From the NCBI GenBank assembly GCA_043732185.1, contig JAYTHY010000088.1, forward strand, positions 3,410 to 67,409: a stretch of DNA of 64,000 nucleotides, written 5' to 3'. Made by a program: the position numbers and the translations under genes. This DNA comes from Fibrobacteria bacterium (GTDB lineage Bacteria > Fibrobacterota > Fibrobacteria > UBA11236). A model generated the notes under the pieces. It had not been told where the DNA came from, searched no databases, and saw only the letters and a list, made by a program, of their open reading frames with translations. The stretch's first letter is position 1; every line of letters begins with the position of its first letter. Below, piece by piece: positions 8,218-17,001 of this stretch.

Positions 8218-9549
8218 TTAGTTCAGGAACCAGGGAATCCGCAAAATATCCTGGAACGTGACAAATAGGAAAAGCAGTAAGAAAAAACTGAAACCCACCC
8301 GATTTATCATATGCTGTGTGCTGAGAGCCAAGGGCTTCTTACGAATCCACTCCAGAAACAAAAACATCACCACACCGCCATCCGTAATCGCCAAGGGCAG
8401 GATATTAAGTACCGCCAGGTTGGTATTGAGCAATGCCATGAATTCCAAAAACTTCTGCACGCTTTGACGCAAACTTCCGGCGATCATTTGCACAATCCCG
8501 ATGGGCCCGGACAAGGCTTTGAGTTTTATTTTTCCAAGAATGATGCCGGAAAGGGTTTTGAAAACCAAGGTGGCGGACTCGGCATTCTTCTCCACGCTTT
8601 TATTCATTGCGCCCAGTACACCGCGTTTGACCAGAATAGTTGGTACTGAAAGACCGGGATAAATTCCCACTACATACCGCTTGCTACTTTCATCCATGAC
8701 GGGTCGAATGGGAATTTCCAATTTCTGATTGTCGCGTACCACGCTGATGGTGATGGACTCTCCTTTGGAACCGTTAACCATTTCAATCAACGCGGTGGCA
8801 GACGGAATCCGGATTCCGTCCACGGCCATGATTTTGTCGCCTAATTTCAGGCCGGCCGCCTCCGCGGGTTTGCCAGGCATGACTTTAGCAACCACAACCT
8901 CGGCTTCACCTGTTATTCCAGATAAAGCGATTCCGAACTTGGCATTTATTTCAGGTACCATGGTTAGAGTTAGGGACTGTTCGGAGCGGCGAATTTCAAG
9001 TGGGATAGGATGGCCGCCTTCCATGGCCACATCTTGCATAAACGATTCCCAGCCTGTCACGGGCTTGCCATTCAGTTTGAGAACTTCATCCCCGCGTTGT
9101 AGGCCCGCTTTCTCCCCGGGGGAGCCTACGTCTACTTCACCCACTTTCATAGAATGTTTGGGCTCTTGAACACCGTTCAAATAAAGTCCGAAAAGAATTA
9201 AAAAGGCAAAGACAACATTTGCAGCGGGACCCGCAATGGCGATTAGAAAACGCACCCAAATAGGTTTCACGCGGAATTCATCGGCATTGCCATAACCGCC
9301 GTCTTCCGGGCTCTCTCCGGCCATGGCTACATATCCGCCAAAGGGTATGGCGGATATAGCGTATTCCGTTTCCCCACGCTTCCAGGTGATTAATTTTTTT
9401 CCAAATCCAATGGAAAAGGTATGCACCTTTACGCCTAGTTTTTTGGCGACAAAGAAATGACCGAACTCATGGATGAAAACCATAAAGCTCAAACCAATGA
9501 GTCCCACCGGAACCTGGTATATCAGTGACCAATAGCCGACCAAATTCAT
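8218..9549 (-). CDS. rseP: RIP zinc metalloprotease RseP (site-2 protease, M50)
   Basis: HEFGHFFVAKKLGV (HExxH within TM1), two PDZ-like segments and a C-terminal LNILPLAITDGG motif. It overlaps dxr by 4 nt. Confidence 0.92.
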   Translation of the reverse strand: MNLVGYWSLIYQVPVGLIGLSFMVFIHEFGHFFVAKKLGVKVHTFSIGFGKKLITWKRGETEYAISAIPFGGYVAMAGESPEDGGYGNADEFRVKPIWVRFLIAIAGPAANVVFAFLILFGLYLNGVQEPKHSMKVGEVDVGSPGEKAGLQRGDEVLKLNGKPVTGWESFMQDVAMEGGHPIPLEIRRSEQSLTLTMVPEINAKFGIALSGITGEAEVVVAKVMPGKPAEAAGLKLGDKIMAVDGIRIPSATALIEMVNGSKGESITISVVRDNQKLEIPIRPVMDESSKRYVVGIYPGLSVPTILVKRGVLGAMNKSVEKNAESATLVFKTLSGIILGKIKLKALSGPIGIVQMIAGSLRQSVQKFLEFMALLNTNLAVLNILPLAITDGGVVMFLFLEWIRKKPLALSTQHMINRVGFSFFLLLFLFVTFQDILRIPWFLN

Positions 9550-10721
9550 GCGATACCTGCTTTCACTTCAATCTCATCCATTATACTTATCGCAGCCTGG
9601 CGTGCCCAACTATCCGCGCTAAGTACGTCTTTAATATCCGGATTTTGTTTCACACTGGCTGCGTCAAGGACGGCTGACAGAATCACTGGAATATCGGTGA
9701 AACCAACCTTTTCTTCCAGAAAACGGGCTACAACGGCCTCATTGGCGGCATTGAGGATGGCCGGACCAGTACCTCCCAAATGACCAGCGCGATAGGCCAA
9801 GCCTAAACAAGGGAACTTGTCGAGGTCGGGCGCGAAGAATTCCAGTTTGGCCAGCTTGGCCATGTTCAGTCTTTCCACGTTCAAGGGCCAACGCTCCGGA
9901 TAGGAAAGGGCATACTGAATCGGCAGTTGCATATCCGGGCAGCCAAGTTGCGCCATCAAAGATCCATCTTGGAATTGAACGAAGGAATGAATAATGGATG
10001 TTGGATGAATGGTCACTTTGATTTTAGCGAATTCCACCCCAAACAAATAATGGGCTTCAATGACCTCCAAGCCTTTGTTCATCAGTGTGGCAGAATCAAT
10101 CGTGATTTTTTCGCCCATCACCCAAGTGGGATGTTTTAAGGCGTCGGATTTGCGAATGGATGCGAAGGTATCTTTCGGTCTTTCGCGAAATGGGCCACCG
10201 GAAGCCGTAAGCTCAATGTGTTCGACTTCGGAAATGGGTCGTCCTGCCATACATTGAAAAATCGCGGAATGTTCCGAATCAATGGGAATCAATTGACTGG
10301 CCGGATGGCTTCGCAAAGCTGAATTGATAATTTCGCCCGCCATCACCATGGTCTCTTTATTTGCCAGTCCAACATGTTTGCCCCGGCGGATGGCCTCAAG
10401 AGTCGGCTGGCAACCGATTGCGCCCACCAGCCCGTTGAGGACATAATCCACTTCGGTTAGGGAAACCAGTTCCAATAATCCGTCCATTCCCTCCAAAACT
10501 CTAATCGAAGTCTTCTGGCGCATTCGCGCAGCCGCATCCGCATCAAAGACACAGACAATCTTGATTTTGAATTCGTCGATGATGGGCAATAACTTTTCCC
10601 ATTGCCGCCCAACCGCCACACCTACCAACCGGAAGCGGTCGGGATGCTGGCGGAAAACCTTGAGGGCATTCATACCAATGGAACCGGTAGCGCCCAGCAA
10701 GGCGATATTCTTCTTATGCAT
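9546..10721 (-). CDS. dxr: 1-deoxy-D-xylulose-5-phosphate reductoisomerase
   Basis: LLGATGSIGMNAL NADPH-binding motif, PIDSEHSAIFQC and LTASGGPFR blocks. Confidence 0.95.
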   Translation of the reverse strand: MHKKNIALLGATGSIGMNALKVFRQHPDRFRLVGVAVGRQWEKLLPIIDEFKIKIVCVFDADAAARMRQKTSIRVLEGMDGLLELVSLTEVDYVLNGLVGAIGCQPTLEAIRRGKHVGLANKETMVMAGEIINSALRSHPASQLIPIDSEHSAIFQCMAGRPISEVEHIELTASGGPFRERPKDTFASIRKSDALKHPTWVMGEKITIDSATLMNKGLEVIEAHYLFGVEFAKIKVTIHPTSIIHSFVQFQDGSLMAQLGCPDMQLPIQYALSYPERWPLNVERLNMAKLAKLEFFAPDLDKFPCLGLAYRAGHLGGTGPAILNAANEAVVARFLEEKVGFTDIPVILSAVLDAASVKQNPDIKDVLSADSWARQAAISIMDEIEVKAGIA

Positions 10722-10901
10722 GGTGATTCAATATAAAAAATGCCATGAATCGAATTATAGCAAGCCTACCTCAGAATTCCCCCAAAAGACACAAAACGCG
10801 TCCTACCCATCCCATTCATTACCTGCGGATCACGCTTGCCTATTTTTTTTGCCAGGTGCTAGTGTGAGAGTGTCAGGTAATTCGGGAAGGAAGCTTAACC
10901 T

Positions 10902-11387
10902 ATGCTGTATTCTAGCACCAAACTTAGCTGGACCTTGGCGATTGGATTGTTCTTGTCCGCCTGCGATTTGACGCAATTGACGAAATCAAGTTCGACGGAC
11001 ACCGTAGCGCAGCCCAAAACTGAAGCCACCGTAATTGGCATTTGGAGGGCCAATATTCCCGTTTCCGCCACCCCTCCTACCGACATCAAAGTGACTATGG
11101 ATATTGGAAGCGACCATACCATGTTGTTGTCCTATCGGGTGGCAACGGGTAAACCGTCCCCGTATGATTATCTGGAGATAAAAAAGGAATACTCGACGTG
11201 GACAGTGTCCGATGGTAATTTATCCAGCGTTAAAACCCATTGTGAGTATAAAGATCAGACCACCGGTTTGGCGACGGCGGAAGTGGACTGCCGGGCACCC
11301 ATAGAAGAATCCCATGATATCAATGTCAAAGGCGGAGCATGGACCCTCATAATAGAGGGCGCGCCGCTAGTTTTCAATAAACGATGA
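10902..11387 (+). CDS. hypothetical lipoprotein
   Basis: 161 aa with lipobox LFLSAC. It is the only plus-strand gene inside the minus-strand cdsA...dxr block. Confidence 0.55.
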   Translation: MLYSSTKLSWTLAIGLFLSACDLTQLTKSSSTDTVAQPKTEATVIGIWRANIPVSATPPTDIKVTMDIGSDHTMLLSYRVATGKPSPYDYLEIKKEYSTWTVSDGNLSSVKTHCEYKDQTTGLATAEVDCRAPIEESHDINVKGGAWTLIIEGAPLVFNKR

Positions 11388-11408
11388 AAATATGTTGCAC
11401 TTACTTTG

Positions 11409-12200
11409 TCAATGCGCGACGCTAAATAGCGACAAGTAGAAGGCTGCCACAGGCGCACTGAAAAAGAGGGCGTCGAATCGATCCAACACTCCACCATGCC
11501 CGGGAATTAAGTTGGAGGAGTCTTTTGCACCTGCATGCCGTTTAAGAATGGATATAAAGAGGTCGCCGAGTATTGCTGTGCTGGATAGCACAAGTCCCAA
11601 ACCAAGGTTTACCATGCCGCTGGTCTTCAGTAAGATAGGACCAATGGCCATAACCAGAACCGTGGTTAGGATAGCGCCACCGACGGCACCTTCCACCGTT
11701 TTACCGGAACTGATAGAGGGCGCGAGCTTGCGTTTTCCAAAAGCCCGTCCCGTCACATAGGCGCCCGTATCGGCAGTGGCAATGGCGAGCTGCACCAGTA
11801 AGAGTGGGAAGATGCCGTGCCAACCGGTTTCCGGACGGACTAACGCGTATATACCTGCGGCATACCATCCGAAATATCCGCATCCGAAAAGCTGCAAATA
11901 AATCCAGGGGGCCATGACTGAAATATTTAGGTAGCGGAAACCAAGCAATGTGAAAGCAAGGACCCCCGTAACTGCCAAACCCCAAGCCAGAGTTTCCGGC
12001 GGAAGAGCGGAAAAACCGGGAAGATGCGCTAGCGTACTAAGGAGCACCACGAGGGCCGGAAACCAGGCTATATGGGGTCCAGAAAAGCTTTTGGAAACCA
12101 TGCGGGAATATTCCCAAGCACCCAAGGTAAGCATCAAGGCCATCACCGCCCAGCGGGTGTTCACGTTGAGCACAAGGGCGGAAAATCCCAGCAGGCCCAT
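11409..12200 (-). CDS. cdsA: phosphatidate cytidylyltransferase
   Basis: A polytopic membrane protein with the C-terminal signature SILKRHAGAKDSSNLIPGHGGVLDRFDALFF. Confidence 0.9.
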   Translation of the reverse strand: MGLLGFSALVLNVNTRWAVMALMLTLGAWEYSRMVSKSFSGPHIAWFPALVVLLSTLAHLPGFSALPPETLAWGLAVTGVLAFTLLGFRYLNISVMAPWIYLQLFGCGYFGWYAAGIYALVRPETGWHGIFPLLLVQLAIATADTGAYVTGRAFGKRKLAPSISSGKTVEGAVGGAILTTVLVMAIGPILLKTSGMVNLGLGLVLSSTAILGDLFISILKRHAGAKDSSNLIPGHGGVLDRFDALFFSAPVAAFYLSLFSVAH

Positions 12201-12242
12201 GACAACTGCTGATACGATGCGAACAGCTAGATTTGACAGGGC

Positions 12243-12974
12243 TTAGCCTTCGAACACTTTGCCGAAACGACGTTGGCGGGAATGGTATTCCTCGATGGCT
12301 TCTACCAGACCGTCGCGATCAAAATCCGGCCATAACGTTGGCGTTACGTACAATTCCGTATAGGCAATTTGCCATAGCAGGTAGTTGGATATGCGCTGGT
12401 CGCCGCCGGTTCGAATCAAAAGCTCCGGATCGGGAACTTCGCTTTGGTACATGTGTGCACGAAACACTTGGTCATCGATATCAGCGGGCTCGATTTCTCC
12501 ACGACGGGCTTTTTCGGCCAGTGCGCGGCAGGCATCCAGGATTTCTTCTCTGCCACCGTAAGAAACCGCCAAGTTAAGCTGAAGACCGGTATTTTCCCGG
12601 GTACGTTCCATGCCCCATTCCAGTTCCTTGCGTGTTACGTCGGGAAGGCGGGATAAATTTCCCAGGGCACAGAGCCGGACATTATTGTCCATTAAATCCT
12701 GAATTTCTTGTCGGATCATGTCGACCAGAAGGTGCATGAGGGCATCGACTTCCGGAAGCGGTCGTTCCCAGTTTTCGGAGGAGAAGACGTATATGGTAAG
12801 GTATTTGACACCTAATTCGCCGGCTGCTTTAACGATTCGCTTAGTCGCTTTTGTGCCTTCTTTATGGCCTACAACTCGAGGTAAAAAACGTTTTTTTGCC
12901 CAGCGGCCATTTCCGTCCATGATGACGGCAATATGTTGTAGAGGCTCACGCATGGTAGGGCGAACCGGACTCAA
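12243..12974 (-). CDS. uppS: isoprenyl transferase (undecaprenyl diphosphate synthase)
   Basis: HIAVIMDGNGRWAKKR and RTGGDQRISNYLLWQIAYTELY motifs. 4-nt overlap with frr. Confidence 0.95.
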   Translation of the reverse strand: MSPVRPTMREPLQHIAVIMDGNGRWAKKRFLPRVVGHKEGTKATKRIVKAAGELGVKYLTIYVFSSENWERPLPEVDALMHLLVDMIRQEIQDLMDNNVRLCALGNLSRLPDVTRKELEWGMERTRENTGLQLNLAVSYGGREEILDACRALAEKARRGEIEPADIDDQVFRAHMYQSEVPDPELLIRTGGDQRISNYLLWQIAYTELYVTPTLWPDFDRDGLVEAIEEYHSRQRRFGKVFEG

Positions 12975-13522
12975 ACGGTGAGGATGTCCTTTTCCTTTTC
13001 AACGATCACTTTATCCACTTCTGCAATGTATTTGTCTGTAATGGTCTGGACTTTTTCCATCTCATGTTTGAGGTCGTCTTCTGGGCCACCGGAATCTTTG
13101 GCCGCTTTTTTCAAGTGTTCGTTTTCATCACGACGAATATTACGAATGGCCACTTTGCCTTCTTCGCCCACATGCTTGGCCACTTTGGCCAGTTCCTTGC
13201 GGCGTTCACCGGTTAAAACGGGCATATTCAAACGAATGAAAGTTCCATCGTTAACTGGATTGATGCCAATGTTGCTGGTCTGGATGGCTTTTTCGATGGC
13301 TTGCATCAAACTTTTGTCCCAGGGTTTAATAGCCAGACAGCGCGGTTCCGGTATGGAGATGGCCGCCGCCTGAGGGATGGGTGTTTTGGTGCCGTAATAG
13401 TCGATGTAGATATTGTCCAGAATAGATGGAGATGCGATTCCGGTGCGAATCTTGGCCAACTCGCGGTGGACCGTGTCCACGGTTTTCTGCATACGGTCTT
13501 TAAGTGATTTCTCGTCGAACAT
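12971..13522 (-). CDS. frr: ribosome recycling factor
   Basis: 183 aa. The blocks PEPRCLAIKPWD...IRNIRRDENE are typical of RRF. Confidence 0.95.
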   Translation of the reverse strand: MFDEKSLKDRMQKTVDTVHRELAKIRTGIASPSILDNIYIDYYGTKTPIPQAAAISIPEPRCLAIKPWDKSLMQAIEKAIQTSNIGINPVNDGTFIRLNMPVLTGERRKELAKVAKHVGEEGKVAIRNIRRDENEHLKKAAKDSGGPEDDLKHEMEKVQTITDKYIAEVDKVIVEKEKDILTV

Positions 13523-13526
13523 GCTT

Positions 13527-14249
13527 TTACTCCCCGCCGTTCACCAAGGTTCCAATCTTTTCCCCTTTAGCCGCTTTGACCAAATTACCAGGAACGGTCA
13601 TGTCGAAAACCAAAATGGGAATATTGTTCTCACGACACAAGGCGAAAGCCGAAGTATCCATAACCTTGAGCTGCCGATTGATGGCCTCAGTATAGGTAAT
13701 GCTATCGTACTTAACCGCATCTTTGTGCTTGTTGGGATCCTTATCATAAATACCATCTACATTGGTGGCCTTCATGATCACGTCACAGTTTGTTTCAATG
13801 GCCCGCAATGTGGCTGCGCTATCCGTTGTAAAGTAAGGGTTACCCGTTCCGGCCGCGAATAGGGCGATGCGTCCTTTTTCCAGATGGCGGACTGCCCGGC
13901 GGCGGATATAAAACTCGGCGATGGTAGACATTTTGATTGCGCTCATCACACGGGTAAATATGCCCAGTTTTTCCAGGGCGTCTTGCATAGCCAGGCAATT
14001 GATGACTGTTGCCAACATTCCCATCTGGTCTGCGGAAACGCGGTCGAAACCGAATTTACTCAGCGTAGAGCCTCGAACAATATTGCCCCCGCCAATAACA
14101 ATTCCTAATTGTATGCCGCTTTGATAGACTTGGGCAACTTCTTCGGCGATAGCGCGGATAGTATCCGGGTCTATGCCACTTTCCTGGTCGCCTGCGAAAG
14201 TCTCCCCACTAAGTTTGAGAAGAATTCGCTTGTACCTTAGGTCGGGCAC
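13527..14249 (-). CDS. pyrH: UMP kinase
   Basis: [10 protein letters not shown]...GGGNIVRG...[11 protein letters not shown] motifs. Confidence 0.95.
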   Translation of the reverse strand: MPDLRYKRILLKLSGETFAGDQESGIDPDTIRAIAEEVAQVYQSGIQLGIVIGGGNIVRGSTLSKFGFDRVSADQMGMLATVINCLAMQDALEKLGIFTRVMSAIKMSTIAEFYIRRRAVRHLEKGRIALFAAGTGNPYFTTDSAATLRAIETNCDVIMKATNVDGIYDKDPNKHKDAVKYDSITYTEAINRQLKVMDTSAFALCRENNIPILVFDMTVPGNLVKAAKGEKIGTLVNGGE

Positions 14250-14253
14250 TGGG

Positions 14254-15120
14254 CTATTGACCCAATTGAAGTCGGTGGAAACCGAGCACCTTTACGGACT
14301 CGAGCCCTTGCGACTTGGCAGTATTGGCCAGCAATTTGTCGACAGTGAGTTTGCTGTCTTTGATGTAGACCTGGCTGATCAAACAATTCTCTTTGTAGAA
14401 TTTGGTAACCTTGCCCTCGACGATTTTTTCAAGCATGTCGCCGGTCTTGCCCTCTTTCAAAGTCAATTCCCTGGCGATTTCGCGCTCTTTATCCACTAAG
14501 GCAGTGGGGACGTCTTTTGGCTCAACGGCAATGGGCATGCTAGCGGCAACCTGCATGGCCAAGTCTTTGGCCAATGTAGATAAGCCCGCCTTGTCATTAG
14601 GTGTTCCGGCAAATCCCAGCTTTAGGATGACGCCGATTTTCCCTTGCATGTGGGAGTAGGTTTCCGCGATTTCACCGGTGCCGATTTTTTCCAAGGCGAA
14701 ACGACGTATGGAAATCATTTCTCCGATTTTGGCGATAACGGCCGTATTCGCTTCACCTACCGTAGTGGCATCCATGGGAAGAACTTTGAGGGCTTCGATA
14801 TCAGCAGGCTTTTTATCCAGAATAACCTGGGCGGTTTTGCCGGCAAAAGCGTTGAAGTCATCGGACGCAGATACGAAGTCGGTTTCGCAATTGATTTCAA
14901 CCGCTGCAACGGCATCTCCACTGGCAGCAAGAACAACCTTGCCTTCTTTAGTTTCCTTGCCTACCCGTTTAGCGGCAACAGCAGCACCTTGTTTGCGAAG
15001 GTACTCGATGGCTTTTTCCAAGTCACCGGACGATTCCGTAAGGGCTTTTTTACATTGAAGAATGCCGAGACCGGTTTTTTCACGGAGTTCGGCAACAGCT
15101 TGGGCGGTAACTTCCGCCAT
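14254..15120 (-). CDS. tsf: translation elongation factor Ts
   Basis: N-terminal UBA-like [19 protein letters not shown] block. The start overlaps the rpsB stop by 1 nt (TAATG). Confidence 0.95.
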   Translation of the reverse strand: MAEVTAQAVAELREKTGLGILQCKKALTESSGDLEKAIEYLRKQGAAVAAKRVGKETKEGKVVLAASGDAVAAVEINCETDFVSASDDFNAFAGKTAQVILDKKPADIEALKVLPMDATTVGEANTAVIAKIGEMISIRRFALEKIGTGEIAETYSHMQGKIGVILKLGFAGTPNDKAGLSTLAKDLAMQVAASMPIAVEPKDVPTALVDKEREIARELTLKEGKTGDMLEKIVEGKVTKFYKENCLISQVYIKDSKLTVDKLLANTAKSQGLESVKVLGFHRLQLGQ

Positions 15121-15866
15121 TATTCTGCTCCCTCGAGGACTTCAGCTAGCTTAGGCGCAGCATCCGTCTTTTCCTCCTGAGCAACCGGGGCCTTGATGGC
15201 AACAATTGCATCTGAGAATACGCGCGTCAACAAACCCACGGATTTGATGGCATCGTCGTTACCGGGAATTGGGTAAGTAATCTTATCCGGGTCGCTATTT
15301 GTATCGACAATGGCGAAGACGGGAATGCGCAGCCGGTTGGCCTCGTGAACGGCGATTTCCTCATGCTCGGAATCGACCACGAATAGGGCACCAGGAAGGC
15401 TCTTCATATCGCGGATACCGCTGAAAATGCCTTCGAGCTTGGCGCGTTCCTTGTTTAAGCTTAAAACTTCTTTTTTGGTGATTTCCTTGAAAAGACCGTC
15501 CGCTTCCATTTTCTCGATTTCTTCGAGACGTTTAATGGATTTTTTAACGGTGGAGAAGTTGGTGAGCATTCCGCCCAACCAGCGCTCGGTGACATAATAC
15601 ATGCCGCAGCGCACGGCTTCTTCCTTCATACAATCTTTGATGGTCTTTTTGGTACCCACAAAGAGAACGGACTTGCCAGAGTGGCGGATTCTCTTGACGG
15701 CTTCGATGGCCTTCGTCAGACATTCTTGAGTCTTAGCCAAATCAATGACATAGATGCCATTTTTTTCGGTAAGGATAAACTTGCGCATCTTGGGATTCCA
15801 CCGCTTGGTGAGATGACCAAAATGAACTCCGGCTTCCAACATCTCTTTGATTTCGGGTACTGACAT
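15120..15866 (-). CDS. rpsB: 30S ribosomal protein S2
   Basis: LEAGVHFGHLTKRWNPKM and the Toprim-like DTNSDPD block. Confidence 0.95.
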   Translation of the reverse strand: MSVPEIKEMLEAGVHFGHLTKRWNPKMRKFILTEKNGIYVIDLAKTQECLTKAIEAVKRIRHSGKSVLFVGTKKTIKDCMKEEAVRCGMYYVTERWLGGMLTNFSTVKKSIKRLEEIEKMEADGLFKEITKKEVLSLNKERAKLEGIFSGIRDMKSLPGALFVVDSEHEEIAVHEANRLRIPVFAIVDTNSDPDKITYPIPGNDDAIKSVGLLTRVFSDAIVAIKAPVAQEEKTDAAPKLAEVLEGAE

Positions 15867-15902
15867 TCTGATTCCTTGGTTCTTTCTCGTACTCTTCCGG
15901 TT

Positions 15903-16298
15903 CTAGCGCTTGGAGAACTGGAAGCTGCGGCGTGCGCCGGCTTTACCATACTTCTTACGTTCCACTGCGCGCGAATCACGCGTCAGCAAACCATGCTCGC
16001 GCAAAGCGGCGCGGTATTCTTCTTTATAAGCAAGCAATGCACGAGCGATGCCCAGGCGCACTGCACCAGCCTGGCCATTGACTCCGCCGCCAACGGAAGT
16101 CACAATGACATCCCATTGCTTGTTGACATTGAGTATGGTCAGCGGCTGTTCTACAATCATCTCACGAATGGCATTGGCAAAAAAATCTGTGAAGGTGCGC
16201 TCGTTGATGGTGCGCTTGCCTGTGCCGGGTTTGATCATAACCCTGGCGATGGCGGTCTTTCTTCTTCCGGTGGCCCGGTAAACTTCCTGGGTAGCGAT
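15903..16298 (-). CDS. rpsI: 30S ribosomal protein S9, with a probable non-canonical ATC start
   Basis: The track ORF starts at an internal Met (16238). The frame stays open upstream and encodes the conserved ...[14 protein letters not shown] segment, back to an in-frame TAA at 16311-16313. That stretch contains no ATG, GTG or TTG. An ATC at 16298-16296 sits 5 nt after AGGAGG (16309-16304). It ends ...RRSFQFSKR as expected for S9. Confidence 0.8.
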   Translation of the reverse strand: MATQEVYRATGRRKTAIARVMIKPGTGKRTINERTFTDFFANAIREMIVEQPLTILNVNKQWDVIVTSVGGGVNGQAGAVRLGIARALLAYKEEYRAALREHGLLTRDSRAVERKKYGKAGARRSFQFSKR

Positions 16299-16337
16299 AA
16301 AATCCTCCTGTTACAGCTAATAAATCTTGGAAATGTT

Positions 16338-16769
16338 TTACTTCAGGGAAAGCACTTCGGGCTTTTGGGCCTCGTGTGGATGCTTGACACCGTCGTAAAC
16401 GTGAAGTTTGCTCGACATGTGCTTGCCCAAAATCGTGTGGGGAAGCATGCCCTTAATGGCGTGGCGGATCGGGAATCCGGGACGCGAAGCTTGAACCTGT
16501 TCAACAGTCAAGTTGCGCCATCCACCGGGATGGGTGGAGTGATTGAAATAACGCATGGATTCGCGTTTATTCCCTGTCAAAGCAACTTTTTCCGCATTGA
16601 TGATAATGACATGATCGCCAAGGTCTTGATTCGGAGACCAAGCTGGCTTGTGTTTGCCCATGATCAAACCGGCGGCTTTGCTTGCCAGACGGCCGAGTAC
16701 AACGTCTTGTGCGTCGATAATGAACCATTTTTCTGTAATGGTCGAGGGATTGACCGTAACCGTTTTCAT
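16338..16769 (-). CDS. rplM: 50S ribosomal protein L13
   Basis: From Met22 of the track ORF the sequence reads MKTVTVNPSTITEKWFIIDAQDVVLGRLAS..., the canonical L13 N-terminus. The 21 upstream codons are not L13-like. Confidence 0.92.
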   Translation of the reverse strand: MKTVTVNPSTITEKWFIIDAQDVVLGRLASKAAGLIMGKHKPAWSPNQDLGDHVIIINAEKVALTGNKRESMRYFNHSTHPGGWRNLTVEQVQASRPGFPIRHAIKGMLPHTILGKHMSSKLHVYDGVKHPHEAQKPEVLSLK

Positions 16770-16906
16770 TCTGACCCTGTTTATTAAAAAAATTAGACAG
16801 CCAAAGTTAGTTAAGACCGTTGCTCCAGTCAAGCGGCAGAAGCCACAATTATAGCCAAATTAAGGAGTCGGAGCCATTGATGGATGCGGCCGGCTAGTAA
16901 GAACGT

Positions 16907-16949
16907 GCCCAAAATGGACCCAAGAATTGGTTTTGGGCAGTTTTCGCTT
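16907..16949 (+). promoter_or_regulatory. terminator-like hairpin in the leader of the SulP transporter gene
   Basis: GCCCAAAA (16907-16914) pairs with TTTTGGGC (16931-16938). An inner CCAA/TTGG pairing is also possible. AGTTTTCGCTT follows. No plus-strand gene ends upstream of it. Confidence 0.3.
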
Positions 16950-17001
16950 AAAAAACCAAAATTTCCTAATATGATCACTCAAATGATAAAATGATAGTCC
17001 A

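Noticed and set aside
15876-16787. 303-aa plus-strand ORF across the rpsI/rplM region
   Set aside because: It is antisense to two unmistakable ribosomal protein genes and has no recognisable domain.
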